NCBI GenBank assembly: GCA_048938385.1
Contig: JBHLMG010000001.1
Span: 1-64,000, forward strand
DNA: 64,000 nucleotides
From: Promethearchaeota archaeon
GTDB taxonomy: Archaea; Asgardarchaeota; Hermodarchaeia; Hermodarchaeales; Hermodarchaeaceae
Direction: 5' to 3'
Numbering within the stretch: position 1 is the first letter of the stretch; every line of letters starts with the position of its first letter. Position numbers and translations under genes: made by a program. The notes beneath the pieces were generated by a model. That model worked only from the letters and a program-made list of their open reading frames with translations. It was not told the origin of the DNA and did not search any database. This document shows positions 9,618 through 19,407 of the stretch, piece by piece.

Positions 9618-10190
9618 TTACCAAGGAACATCCTTGACCCCAATTAGATAACCCACCGCGTTTGCTAAAAGATGGATAATTGGTGTTACGATCAGTAAGA
9701 ACAGGGTAAGAAGAAGGGGAAGTGGATAGACAAAGAAACCAAAGAGCAAGGCCATAAGAAGAAAATCTAATTGATCGAGGAGTGGCGCGGGTTTTCCACG
9801 GGCCATTTTTAACCTTCGTTTGATGAATGACCCTATTATATCGCCGACTAGGGCGCCAAGAGCAACGACTATTACTAGGGGAATAGTGAGAAGTACTAAT
9901 GGATTGAATTCAGGTGGTAAGACTAGCCCTGCTTGAAGAATTATGTCAAGTAATAATGGGGCAGTTAGAACCTGGACAAGGCCAATTACTACGCCTGAAA
10001 AGAACCCACCAAGAAAGCCTTCCCAAGTTTTACCTGAACCAAATAGCGAGTACCCATCGCTAAAGAGCCGCCCACCATCAATTGGATGCCGAGAAGGTAA
10101 CAAACCCGCAAACACTGCAAACCCATTTGCGATGTATGCAGGTAAGATGTACCAAAAGCTGAGTAGAAATAAAATCGGGTGGAACATCAT
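9618..10190 (-). CDS. carS: CDP-archaeol synthase
   Basis: PAYIAN, PIDGG, GSGKTWEG, GDIIGSFIKRR and LDQLDF motifs. Confidence 0.93.
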   Translation of the reverse strand: MMFHPILFLLSFWYILPAYIANGFAVFAGLLPSRHPIDGGRLFSDGYSLFGSGKTWEGFLGGFFSGVVIGLVQVLTAPLLLDIILQAGLVLPPEFNPLVLLTIPLVIVVALGALVGDIIGSFIKRRLKMARGKPAPLLDQLDFLLMALLFGFFVYPLPLLLTLFLLIVTPIIHLLANAVGYLIGVKDVPW

Positions 10191-10206
10191 TAGCTCACAG
10201 TTAATT

Positions 10207-10887
10207 TTATTTGAATCCTAATTCTAGCAGCTCTAATGTGAATACGATTGGTTTCGTTTCTTTATGCTTCAGTAACTTAAATTCTCTGTAACCTTTAGAT
10301 TCTGCCCGAGATATCTGAATTGAATGGTTAGCCCAGTACGAAATGATTGATTCTGCTACTGGTTTGAATTCGTCTTCTCCATTGATATCACTCCGAACCT
10401 GATTGATTACTATTATTGCGACGGAGTGAGATTCTTGAAAATTCGCAAGTAGCCCAAACTGTTGGTTTAGCATTCGGTTAATAACCACGTTGTTTATGTT
10501 TTGACTCCATTCTTTTCGGTAATGAGAGACAATTGTGTCAAAAACTAACAGCTTAACTTCGGGTGTAATGTAAGTATCTAGATTTCTCACTAATTGAACT
10601 TGTTCATGGAAATCTTTGGGTGATACTACCGTGATTAGTGGAGAAACCCTAGCGAAAGCCGTTGATGATAACTGTCTGAATCGTATGATGGGAAATGAAC
10701 TTTCTAAATTAACATAAAACACGCGATCTCCTTTCCGGATCACATCAAGTGCAAATTGCAGAGCGAGGGTTGTTTTCCCTACACCTCCAGGCCCTACTAT
10801 GTGAAGCAACTCACCGGCTATTATCCCACCATCAAGTGCGTCATCCAGGACAGGAATGCCTGATTTTATTGGGTGAGATTTTTTCAT
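10207..10887 (-). CDS. radB: RadB-like RecA-family ATPase
   Basis: SGIPVLDDALDGGI, GPGGVGKT, LLVFD and NQVR motifs; short form without N-terminal HhH; start re-placed at ATG 10887. Confidence 0.8.
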   Translation of the reverse strand: MKKSHPIKSGIPVLDDALDGGIIAGELLHIVGPGGVGKTTLALQFALDVIRKGDRVFYVNLESSFPIIRFRQLSSTAFARVSPLITVVSPKDFHEQVQLVRNLDTYITPEVKLLVFDTIVSHYRKEWSQNINNVVINRMLNQQFGLLANFQESHSVAIIVINQVRSDINGEDEFKPVAESIISYWANHSIQISRAESKGYREFKLLKHKETKPIVFTLELLELGFK

Positions 10888-10904
10888 CCTTAAACACAAC
10901 CAAT

Positions 10905-10940
10905 TCAATAAATTCAATGATTTTATTACTATTATTGAAA
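10905..10940. repeat. Heptad array 1 (TYAWTRA, 9-bp period, 4 units)
   Basis: TCAATAA-at-TCAATGA-tt-TTATTAC-ta-TTATTGA. Confidence 0.75.
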
Positions 10941-11318
10941 TTTGTGGTTCAATTTTCTCAGTAAAACGGTGTTTATTGCTTACCGGGCAGGCCATCGACA
11001 TCATCAGCTTTTTAGATTTTCAACAATCTAACGCAAAGTAGATGATGACCGTAAGGAGTAGCATAGCGATTATCTAAAAAGACTATCGCCTCATTATGGT
11101 TTCAAATCTTTCAACTGACCGAGCCGATTTGGTTGCTCCTTTAGCCTAGATGGGTCTTCCTCTTGCGAGTTGCCCTTAGATCACCTTAATCAGATTAATT
11201 TGATAGGATCTGCTAGCTTTTCAAGAGAAAAGCGTGAAAACCGATTATTGTTCATTTAGTTATTCGTCAACCTCTTGAAGGAGAAAAACGGCGTTTACTG
11301 CTCGGTAAGTGATGTGTT

Positions 11319-11343
11319 TCATTGGATTCAATGAGTTTATTGA
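11319..11343. repeat. Heptad array 2 (3 units)
   Basis: TCATTGG-at-TCAATGA-gt-TTATTGA. Confidence 0.75.
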
Positions 11344-11447
11344 ATTTGTCTGGTATTCGAGTATGAAGTCTAAGAGGGGACCTTCCGGTGAATTTTTGAA
11401 GTAGCTGCTTCATCTGTATACAAAACTGTATCCGTAGGGATAGGAAT

Positions 11448-11960
11448 ATGACGCAAAGAACCGAACCAGAGCAAACCCGCTCCTGGGCACGCAGAATGCA
11501 ACGAGACCCCATCGCCAAGATTCTTGCTGATAATAGCCACCTTACCAAAGTTCAGCTGGAGACCCTTATCATAGATTATCTTCTTGATGGTTTTAGTGGA
11601 AAACATTCCGATTACGAGACCAAAGCGGGGTTAAGGGATTCAGCACCAAAGGAAAAACGAACCCGGGGCGTAAGCAGAGGGGCTTTCAATCGATCCTTGG
11701 CTCAAGCGCGAACAAATGTGACTAAATCAATTTTTACCCTAGTATTGCTTGGTTACCTTGGATTGTTCGAAACTCCTTCTCTTATGCGGTACCAAGATCT
11801 GGCTGAACAAATCCGATCATACGCTCGTGAATATGATATCGTAGCAATGGCAAAGGCGACCCCAACCCCTACACACTTGAGAACGCTAAAGCAAACACAG
11901 GATCGGATTGTTCAACTAATAGAAGCGTTAGCAAAACCCATTGCCCTTAAATCAGACTGA
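11448..11960 (+). CDS. Hypothetical protein with HTH-like segment
   Basis: VSRGAFNRSLAQARTNV looks like a recognition helix; flanked by heptad arrays. Confidence 0.65.
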   Translation: MTQRTEPEQTRSWARRMQRDPIAKILADNSHLTKVQLETLIIDYLLDGFSGKHSDYETKAGLRDSAPKEKRTRGVSRGAFNRSLAQARTNVTKSIFTLVLLGYLGLFETPSLMRYQDLAEQIRSYAREYDIVAMAKATPTPTHLRTLKQTQDRIVQLIEALAKPIALKSD

Positions 11961-11966
11961 GTGTTA

Positions 11967-12000
11967 TCAATGAAATCAATGAATTTATTGAAATCAAGTG
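11967..12000. repeat. Heptad array 3 (3-4 units)
   Basis: TCAATGA-aa-TCAATGA-at-TTATTGA-aa-TCAAGTG between convergent genes. Confidence 0.8.
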
Positions 12001-12010
12001 GCAGTAAACC

Positions 12011-12580
12011 TCAACAGAACTGATCGACCATTTTTTCTCCGCTACTAGTAAGCGTTACAACACCATCTACCTTTTCAAGCCAACTCTGAGTTACTAAGAA
12101 TTTCACTGCCCTAGTAGTAAATTCATAATCGAACCCCGCATCTAGGATTTGATTTTGTTCACCATGCCCCCCTAGTTGTTTCAATTTTACTAAAACTGAC
12201 AAGTACCCATATCGCTCAATTAGCCTGCTGGTTTCCAAGAAGACTTCGTCCCTTTCTGCCCACAAGGTTGTTGGTAGCCATCCGATGAAATTATAGTAAA
12301 TCACTTCGTCAAACGAGTCTAGCAAACTAATGACTGGACCCTCTGTTCCTGGTTGAAGGCCAATGACGCTTTTGCCAAGTTTCACATGTGGTGTTTGATC
12401 CAATAACCCTGCATAATGGTAAGTTCGGGTAACTACTTTGCCATTCTTCAACTGTTGTTTGACTTGTTGCGTGTACCCGTAGAGTTCCCGAAAAAACCGC
12501 GTCTTCCTAGCCTGGCTTTGGCCCTGTTGTCTAAAATCAAATGATACAACAGATACTCTTCTAAAGTCAGTGAAAGTCAC
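12011..12580 (-). CDS. Hypothetical protein: Cas2/VapD/PaaX-middle-like ferredoxin fold plus C-terminal wHTH
   Basis: VVSFDF...RKTRFFRELYG...KLGKSV pattern; C-terminal WLEKVDGVVTLTSSGE wing; SD GGAGG. Confidence 0.55.
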   Translation of the reverse strand: MTFTDFRRVSVVSFDFRQQGQSQARKTRFFRELYGYTQQVKQQLKNGKVVTRTYHYAGLLDQTPHVKLGKSVIGLQPGTEGPVISLLDSFDEVIYYNFIGWLPTTLWAERDEVFLETSRLIERYGYLSVLVKLKQLGGHGEQNQILDAGFDYEFTTRAVKFLVTQSWLEKVDGVVTLTSSGEKMVDQFC

Positions 12581-12667
12581 AACTTAACCTCCTGTCTTGA
12601 GTAACTTTTCTATAGTGGTAACATTCGCTAAAAAGTAGTCTAGCTAAGGAGTCTGAATGTGCCAACC

Positions 12668-12701
12668 ACATTTAATTCATTAAATTTATTGAAATTATTT
12701 A
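12668..12701. repeat. Heptad array 4 (4 units, degenerate)
   Basis: ACATTTA-at-TCATTAA-at-TTATTGA-aa-TTATTTA. Confidence 0.65.
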
Positions 12702-12720
12702 TTTTAGCGAACCTGTAAAC

Positions 12721-13113
12721 TTAGGAGGCTCGTTTAAGCTTCTCGTACACTTCGGGAAAGTCTTTTTTCAGCTTAGTTTCTAATGCTTCGGCGATGAACC
12801 TTGACTTACCGCCGAACCCACCATATTGCCATTGCCCTGATTTGGTAGCGGTTAAGGCGATGAAGTCGAGGGCGGCCTTTATCCATGCAGGAATGCTCGC
12901 GCTGATAGTCTTCCGACCCTCATATTCACTTTCTATTCCCAACCTTTGAAGGCCAGAGTCACCAACGCGCGAAGATAGTTCCTCCAGTTGGATATCAGAT
13001 GTGTCAAGTGGTTTGGCTTTTCTTCGCGCCTTAGGCTTACTTTCCTTTTCCTGATCCTTATCAGGTTGTTTTTCCTTTTCCATTCGCTTTCGGATTAAAT
13101 CGGTTGCTGCCAT
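12721..13113 (-). CDS. Ribbon-helix-helix DNA-binding protein with long charged N-terminal tail (ParG/SegB-like architecture)
   Basis: Beta strand KTISASIP, helix A AWIKAALDFIA, helix B KSRFIAEALETKL; SD GAGGTGA. Confidence 0.7.
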   Translation of the reverse strand: MAATDLIRKRMEKEKQPDKDQEKESKPKARRKAKPLDTSDIQLEELSSRVGDSGLQRLGIESEYEGRKTISASIPAWIKAALDFIALTATKSGQWQYGGFGGKSRFIAEALETKLKKDFPEVYEKLKRAS

Positions 13114-13124
13114 TCTTTCTCACC

Positions 13125-14429
13125 TCAAACAAAAGAGGACCCTTTAGTCCAAAGTTCGGTTGCTTGAATTCGTCCTGCTTCGGGACTATAAATTAGTCCT
13201 TGTTTCTCGAATAAGTCAAAATCTTCTAGAACACTTTCCCATGTCTTGTTTTGACTTTGAAGCCACGCTTCTATTTCATCAAGAGTACGGGCATCAGTTA
13301 AGAAGGAGAGGAGGGCTGTTTGAAAGTTGGTAAACTCTGCCCTAGCCCGTTTAACTTCCTTCTCTACAAACCGCTGTACATATTCAGAATCAATTTGATA
13401 CACTGAGAGTACTTTTTCAAAGCTGTATCCTTCGTTGATTAGCACTTCAGCACCCCTTATCGCATCTTGAAGACACCGAAGTAATAATTCAAGCATAATC
13501 CCGGGGTTTCCCCCCGAAAAATTATAAATTCCCTCAAGAGACTCTGCAGTAAATGGATGTAGAAGCTTCTTTGAGAGGTCAGAGTTTAAATTTATTTTTT
13601 CCTCGGTTTCGGGATGAAATTTGTCTAGTTCGCCTTTTAGATAAGCAAGCCGCCACAACATGACCCTCATTGCAGTGTCTTTCTTCATTCGCCGCATGTC
13701 ATAGATTTCTACAAACCGCCGTCGGATTGCAGATTTTGTCCCATGACCTAGAGTTTCACCAACAGATGACAATAGCTCTAGCGTTTTTATTGCACTCTCA
13801 CCTACACGAGTAATCACTGCAAGAGTTAGTACAATATACCGCCTACCATCACGGGTCTTGTCGTTTACCATTCTTAGGAGTGTGTCTACGATCCTCACTC
13901 GGTTATCAGGTCGTTGTCTTTCTAATTGCCTAAATTCATCTATCAGAAGAACGAAAGAAGTGCCGTTCTCTTCAGCGTCAGTGCGTAACGCTAACAACAG
14001 TCTTGATAACCGTTTTGCGATAGAACCGCTTCTAACTACTCGTACTCCAACTCTATCAAATAGGAACTCACCAACATTCTGCTCCCCTATACTGGCATGA
14101 ACGAGATCATCAACAAGCGCATCAGCAGAACTAATTCCCTCTATGTGAATTGCGCGAATATTGGGTAACCTATTCAATGATTGTTGGATCATTTCAAGAA
14201 ATGTTGTTTTTCCAGCACCCAGCGGACCAGATACGACTACGCTCGCTGTTTGATTACGGAGATAATTTATCGCGCGTTTAATTGCCAAAGCCTCTTCATT
14301 AGGTACAACATACAGATCAGCTGAATCAATACCAAACAATTCGATTCGTTCGTTTCTAAATCCCCATTTCGAAAGCATCTCTTTATCGAATTTTTGGGTA
14401 CGCTCAACTAATCGATCTAACTCGCTCAA
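13125..14429 (-). CDS. AAA+ P-loop ATPase (ExeA/AAA_22-like) with C-terminal wHTH
   Basis: Walker A GPLGAGKT, Walker B VLLIDE, SGGNPG motif. Confidence 0.8.
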   Translation of the reverse strand: MSELDRLVERTQKFDKEMLSKWGFRNERIELFGIDSADLYVVPNEEALAIKRAINYLRNQTASVVVSGPLGAGKTTFLEMIQQSLNRLPNIRAIHIEGISSADALVDDLVHASIGEQNVGEFLFDRVGVRVVRSGSIAKRLSRLLLALRTDAEENGTSFVLLIDEFRQLERQRPDNRVRIVDTLLRMVNDKTRDGRRYIVLTLAVITRVGESAIKTLELLSSVGETLGHGTKSAIRRRFVEIYDMRRMKKDTAMRVMLWRLAYLKGELDKFHPETEEKINLNSDLSKKLLHPFTAESLEGIYNFSGGNPGIMLELLLRCLQDAIRGAEVLINEGYSFEKVLSVYQIDSEYVQRFVEKEVKRARAEFTNFQTALLSFLTDARTLDEIEAWLQSQNKTWESVLEDFDLFEKQGLIYSPEAGRIQATELWTKGSSFV

Positions 14430-14479
14430 AGTCTGAACACCCTTTGCTCTTCACATAGAACAGGTTCTTATTATAAACA

Positions 14480-14540
14480 TTATTGATAGTAATAAATACA
14501 AAAAATTGAATAATTATAATGTTTTCAATAATATTATTGA
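14480..14540. repeat. Heptad array 5 (7 in-phase units, degenerate) next to the ATPase promoter
   Basis: Units start at 14480, 14489, 14498, 14507, 14516, 14525 and 14534; best units TTATTGA, TCAATAA, TTATTGA; TATA-like TTTATAA at 14477-14471. Confidence 0.65.
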
Positions 14541-14545
14541 ATATG

Positions 14546-15139
14546 TCAAATTCGCGTATAAGCGATTATATCAATCTTCGTAATAATACCCGCTGGTCGG
14601 TCGTTATCAATGGCTAATATCGCTTCAACTCCAGAGGCGATTTTCAGCAAGGCCGCTTCGACGCTTTCTGACACATCAATTGTCGGAAAAGGATCTTCCA
14701 TAATTTCTTTAACAGACAATGAAAAGACTGCTTGAGAGTCCATTATCATTAATTTACGGAGAATGGTGCCTTCACTGATACTACCTACGGGATAATTTTT
14801 TTCAAATACCGGAAGTTGTGAAATGCCATAACGGCGCATAAGTATGACCGCATGACGAACCTTTTCATGCGTCTTAACTGCTACCACGGGTTGAAGCTTG
14901 GTCGTATGACCTTTCCATTTCAGTAAGTCCTTGATACTTGGATGTGATTGTTGCTGTTTTTCGATTATGCTAAGTATTCGTTTTAATGTGGTTATACTGG
15001 GGTTAACTTGCCCTTTTTCAATTCGTGCTACCAGAGATTGACTAATACCTACTTTTGAGGCGAGTTCGACTTGGGTAAGCCCTGCTTTTTTTCTGAGCTC
15101 TTGAAGTTCTTTAGGCGTAGGAACGCGGAATTCAGTCAT
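14546..15139 (-). CDS. XRE-HTH plus CBS-pair transcriptional regulator
   Basis: LRKKAGLTQVELASKVGISQSLVARIEKG, ISQLPV and GIITKIDI. Confidence 0.9.
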   Translation of the reverse strand: MTEFRVPTPKELQELRKKAGLTQVELASKVGISQSLVARIEKGQVNPSITTLKRILSIIEKQQQSHPSIKDLLKWKGHTTKLQPVVAVKTHEKVRHAVILMRRYGISQLPVFEKNYPVGSISEGTILRKLMIMDSQAVFSLSVKEIMEDPFPTIDVSESVEAALLKIASGVEAILAIDNDRPAGIITKIDIIAYTRI

Positions 15140-15221
15140 TCAGGATCACATTGAATGTGATTTCATTATTGATGATAACTCCAAAAGGATTAAGGCTTTG
15201 CTTTGGTCGGTGAAAGGAGAG

Positions 15222-17552
15222 ATGGCACTGGTGGCAGATCTTCAACAAGCCGAAATCCGAATTGTCGGCGTCGTACAAGGTATAGGATTCCGCCCCTTCA
15301 TTTATGCCCAAGCCATAGACCACGAATTAGTGGGTTATGTACTCAACACCGGAAATTCGGCAGTGCTAGTCGTTGTTGAAGGAAAGAAGAATAATATTAT
15401 TGATTTCATTGAATCTATTGAAAAAAATAAGCCTCATTTGTCTATGATTGACAGCATCCAAACAATTTGGCGTAAACCTTCAGAGCAATTCACGGACTTT
15501 CAAATCCATATTTCAAAAAATGAACGAAAAGCGGGCGGTTCAATCATACCTCCAGATGTCGCGGTGTGTGAGGATTGTATTGAGGACATCAACAGCCCAC
15601 AGTCCAGGCACTATCAATACCCCATGACCTGTTGTGCAATATGTGGCCCTCGTTACACGACTATTATAGATACACCATATGATCGGGAGCGAACCACCAT
15701 GGATTCCTTCCCCTTGTGCTCTGACTGTGACGCGGAGTTTAATAATCCACTAAACCGTCGCTTTAACGCCCAAACAATTTGTTGCCCCAATTGTGGTCCG
15801 AAATTTCAGTTACTAGATTCAACTGGAGAAGTCGTTAAAGCCGAGGATGTCTTCAACGAAGTTACCAGCCTTTTGAATGAAGGTGCCATTGTCGCAGTAA
15901 AAGGGCTCGGTGGAATTCATTTAGCTGTTAGAGCAAGTCTCGAAGAACAAGTACAAAGACTTCGCTCTCTCAGAAACAAACCATACAAGCCCTTAGCCAT
16001 TATGGCACCGGATCTCGATGCGGTGCGTCAGTTTGCAACGATTTCACCCTTAGCTGAAACCTTGTTGATATCCTGGAGGCGTCCAATCGTTGTCTTAAAT
16101 AAGAGAGATCCTTTTCCTTTGGCTCACTCTTTAGCCCCAGGATTGGACACAATTGGTGTGATGCTGCCTTATTCTGGAATTTATTTACGACTTTTCGAAG
16201 ATCTTCATGATTCTGCATTAGTAATGACCAGCGCCAATCCTTCTCGGTTGCCTACAATTATCCAAGCTACTACATTTCAAGAACATTTCATGAAGCTAGC
16301 TGATTACTTCCTTACCCACAATCGTACAATTCACCAACGCTGTGATGACTCTGTCATAATCCCTTTTTCCAGTCATGGTCTCATTATCAGACGATCAAGG
16401 GGTTATTCACCAGAACCAATTGATACGGCTAACAATGGTCCTCCGATTCTCGCACTTGGTGCCTTAGAAAAAAATACTGGCGCAGTTTACCATAAAACAC
16501 GGATCTACCTTACTCAACACATCGGAGATATTGATACTCTTGAAACTCTCCGATTTCTCCAAGAAAGCTTAACTCACCTGCAAACATTGCTTCGTGTAAA
16601 CGCTTTCGATGCCATAGCCTGCGATTTACACCCGGATTTCCTCACAACTCAATACGCGGCGGAGCTTTCTGATCAACACGATATTCCTCTAATTCGAGTT
16701 CAACACCATCATGCCCATCTAGCGGCTTTGCTTGCTGATCATAGACTACCTATTGATGAGGAAATCGTGGCTATATGCAGCGATGGTGCAGGATTCGGTC
16801 AAGATAACACTACATGGGGTGGTGAGATATTAGTAGGGAACGCGAACACTTACACTAGAGCGGGCTATCTTCAACCTCAGCCTATGCCGGGTGGTGATCT
16901 CGCTGCAAAATACCCCCTCCGGATGCTTATAGGTATCCTCTCAGCCAAATATTCTACATCAGAACTCAACGAATTATTTACGGATATTGCTCCTGATGCC
17001 CTTCCTCAAGGTATCACTGAACTAAACACCGTATTAGCGCAGGTGGCTCAGAAGATCAACACCCCGCTTACATCAAGTACGGGAAGAATTCTTGATTCAA
17101 TAGCTGCAATGCTCCAACTATCTTATCATAGGACATATGAAGGTGAACCGGCAATTCGATTAGAATCCTATGCAAACAAAGGTAAGTCCCTAACGCAATT
17201 GGACTTACAGATTCCAATTATTAAGAAAGGGAGTGTTCAGATTCTAGATACGAGTCAATTTATTAACCAAATTTTTGAAAACCGTTTCAAGTATTCTGGT
17301 CCCGATTTAGCATATGAGAGCCATCGAATTCTGGGTAGAGCACTTGGTGATGTGGCTATTGATGTCGCTGATGTTCATGGGCTGCGCGCTATAGGTTTTT
17401 CGGGTGGTGTTGCTTACAATAAGATTCTAACCAATACAATCAAAGAAGCCATCGAAGAGGAAGGGCTTGTATTTCTTAATCATCGACATGTGCCGCCTGG
17501 AGACGCAGGAACCGCTGTGGGCCAAGCTTATGTAGCCAGGGCCAGTCTTTGA
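15222..17552 (+). CDS. hypF: [NiFe]-hydrogenase maturation carbamoyltransferase HypF
   Basis: GVVQGIGFRPF acylphosphatase domain, paired CxxC zinc fingers, QHHHAH and PPGDAG motifs. Confidence 0.95.
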   Translation: MALVADLQQAEIRIVGVVQGIGFRPFIYAQAIDHELVGYVLNTGNSAVLVVVEGKKNNIIDFIESIEKNKPHLSMIDSIQTIWRKPSEQFTDFQIHISKNERKAGGSIIPPDVAVCEDCIEDINSPQSRHYQYPMTCCAICGPRYTTIIDTPYDRERTTMDSFPLCSDCDAEFNNPLNRRFNAQTICCPNCGPKFQLLDSTGEVVKAEDVFNEVTSLLNEGAIVAVKGLGGIHLAVRASLEEQVQRLRSLRNKPYKPLAIMAPDLDAVRQFATISPLAETLLISWRRPIVVLNKRDPFPLAHSLAPGLDTIGVMLPYSGIYLRLFEDLHDSALVMTSANPSRLPTIIQATTFQEHFMKLADYFLTHNRTIHQRCDDSVIIPFSSHGLIIRRSRGYSPEPIDTANNGPPILALGALEKNTGAVYHKTRIYLTQHIGDIDTLETLRFLQESLTHLQTLLRVNAFDAIACDLHPDFLTTQYAAELSDQHDIPLIRVQHHHAHLAALLADHRLPIDEEIVAICSDGAGFGQDNTTWGGEILVGNANTYTRAGYLQPQPMPGGDLAAKYPLRMLIGILSAKYSTSELNELFTDIAPDALPQGITELNTVLAQVAQKINTPLTSSTGRILDSIAAMLQLSYHRTYEGEPAIRLESYANKGKSLTQLDLQIPIIKKGSVQILDTSQFINQIFENRFKYSGPDLAYESHRILGRALGDVAIDVADVHGLRAIGFSGGVAYNKILTNTIKEAIEEEGLVFLNHRHVPPGDAGTAVGQAYVARASL

Positions 17553-17577
17553 TGCTAATGAGTTGTAGAGCATACTT

Positions 17578-17613
17578 TCATTGAATTTTCAATAGTTTCA
17601 ATAATTTCATTGA
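17578..17613. repeat. Heptad array 6, directly beside an ORB-like box
   Basis: TCATTGA-attt-TCAATAG-tt-TCAATAA-tt-TCATTGA. Confidence 0.75.
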
Positions 17614-17690
17614 AAATAAAATCTCCAGTGGAAAACAGCCACAACTAATATAAAGAACCGCTCTTCATCTAGACAAAGAGTTGTGGTATT

Positions 17691-17984
17691 ATGGCTACCA
17701 CCCGATCAACCCAACAAACGCCTCAGAGTGTTCAAAAGCCCAAAGCACGGGCGAGTGCCCAAAGAGCCCAGGTGGCCGAAACCTTAGATACTAAGCGTTC
17801 AATCATAGAACTGCTAAAGGAAAAAGGAACTTTAACCCGAAGTGAGATTACCTTACTTACAGGGATCCCACGAACCACAGTCTATGATACGCTGATGAAT
17901 CTATTGATTTCTGGGGCCATTGAGAAGTATGTTGAACGTAACGGCCGGCGTGGTCGCCCCTCTGTGTTTTACTCACTGGTTTAG
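17691..17984 (+). CDS. TrmB-like winged-HTH protein inside the origin region
   Basis: LTRSEITLLTGIPRTTVYDTL...GRPSVFY. Confidence 0.8.
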   Translation: MATTRSTQQTPQSVQKPKARASAQRAQVAETLDTKRSIIELLKEKGTLTRSEITLLTGIPRTTVYDTLMNLLISGAIEKYVERNGRRGRPSVFYSLV

Positions 17985-18374
17985 ATCATAGGAGCCCCTT
18001 TATTTCCACTGGAACTTCATTTTTCTTAAAATAAAAGCAATAACTTCCTAGTCAAAGAAATGCGCATTTACTACTTACAAGAATGCCTTTTTTCCAGTTT
18101 AAAGATGGTAAACTATTAATACAAAAAGCTGGTAGAACTACTGGGGTATCTTCTTCGAATATAGTAAAAAGATACACGAACTTTCTTTTTTCTTCGATTT
18201 CCAGTGGAAATGAAGGGGAGTGCCAAAATCCAAGATAGTGTCAATTCAATTGCATAATTGCTCTACTTCTTCTGGCTTGATAAAAAATTATAACTATAGT
18301 GCATAATTAATCGGATCAAACTCATTGCAAGAAAAAGCCTATAAGAATTTTAGCTATCAGAAGAACTAAACGAG

Positions 18375-18830
18375 TTAGGCTTTGGTGGCCAGGATGGTTG
18401 CGATCTCTTCTTCAAGGTTTTCAATGTTTACGCGGTATTCACGCTGTGCAGCTGAACCGCGCCGAGAAAGAACTTCTTGTGTGTGAAGGCGGCGTAGGTA
18501 TTCTGATGCAGTGGTTAATGATATTGGTGGGTGGAAAGTCCTGTCGTAGAGTTCTTGAAGATCCTTTGAATTAAACCATCCGTGACGGCAATGGCGGAGG
18601 ACGATGTATCGGACTTTTTGGTATTTTGACCAGGACTCAATGTCAGTGAGATTAGGTGATTCTTCTTGAGGGCTTGGAGGTTGGTGTTTAGCAGGGGATC
18701 CTGTTAAAGCTGTAGTGATGGCTTCAATGAAGGTGTTAGGAAGCCCCTCATCGAAGGTTATTGTGACATTGCAAGGCTTTCCTTCAATAGAAAGACCCTC
18801 GATGGAAATCTTTTGTTTCTGTTTCTTCAT
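18375..18830 (-). CDS. Winged-HTH protein inside the origin region
   Basis: WFNSKDLQELY...ISLTTASEYLRRL...REYRV. Confidence 0.75.
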   Translation of the reverse strand: MKKQKQKISIEGLSIEGKPCNVTITFDEGLPNTFIEAITTALTGSPAKHQPPSPQEESPNLTDIESWSKYQKVRYIVLRHCRHGWFNSKDLQELYDRTFHPPISLTTASEYLRRLHTQEVLSRRGSAAQREYRVNIENLEEEIATILATKA

Positions 18831-19407
18831 GTGTTCTGACCACCCATGGTCTGGTCCCTGCTCTCCGCGTCTCTTCTAGTGTGGCTTGTTCACAAAGATA
18901 AAAGTGTGACGGTGTGAATAGGCATAGGCGTCAAGGCCCCTTTTACCTGAAAACCGCTTGTATCTTGCGAATTCAACACTATTGATATTTTTAGACAATT
19001 CGTTTTGAACGCATATTTTATAGCGTTCTTTAACCTTATTTTTCCATTTAAAGCATTATTTCCAATTATTTACGGTTTTAAGGCGTTGTTCACTGAATAT
19101 ATGTATATCAGGGTCCTATGACCCTTAAGAACCAAGTTGCAGTGGAAATAAAGGGGTCAATACTTGTTCACAATATAATTAGAACTATTGATGATATATT
19201 TTTAAAAATTAAGGTATTTGGGACCTTTTTCATGAATACTTATTCACATTATTGGCGCCAATTGTGAACGAATGAACACAATTTTTTAGGCGATTTTCGA
19301 GCTTCTCATGAATTCTACGAAACTCTAATATGTGTGAGGTGACAACCTCCATGCGAAATTCTAGTGTTTCGTTTCCAGTACTGCTGCTGATTTGGAGGAA
19401 AAAACAC

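Larger units (their letters stand above)
17624..19156. promoter_or_regulatory. Replication origin region (oriC) with ORB elements
   Basis: ORBs: TCCAGTGGAAA 17624-17634 (+), GTTCCAGTGGAAATAAAGGGG 17995-18015 (-), TTTCCAGTGGAAATGAAGGGG 18198-18218 (+), GTTGCAGTGGAAATAAAGGGG 19136-19156 (+); AT-rich spacers; upstream of cdc6. Confidence 0.9.

Noticed and set aside
10905-17613. CRISPR array or Cas locus (heptad repeats, Cas2-like fold)
   Set aside because: Repeats are 7-9 bp without unique spacers, and there is no cas1 or effector gene.
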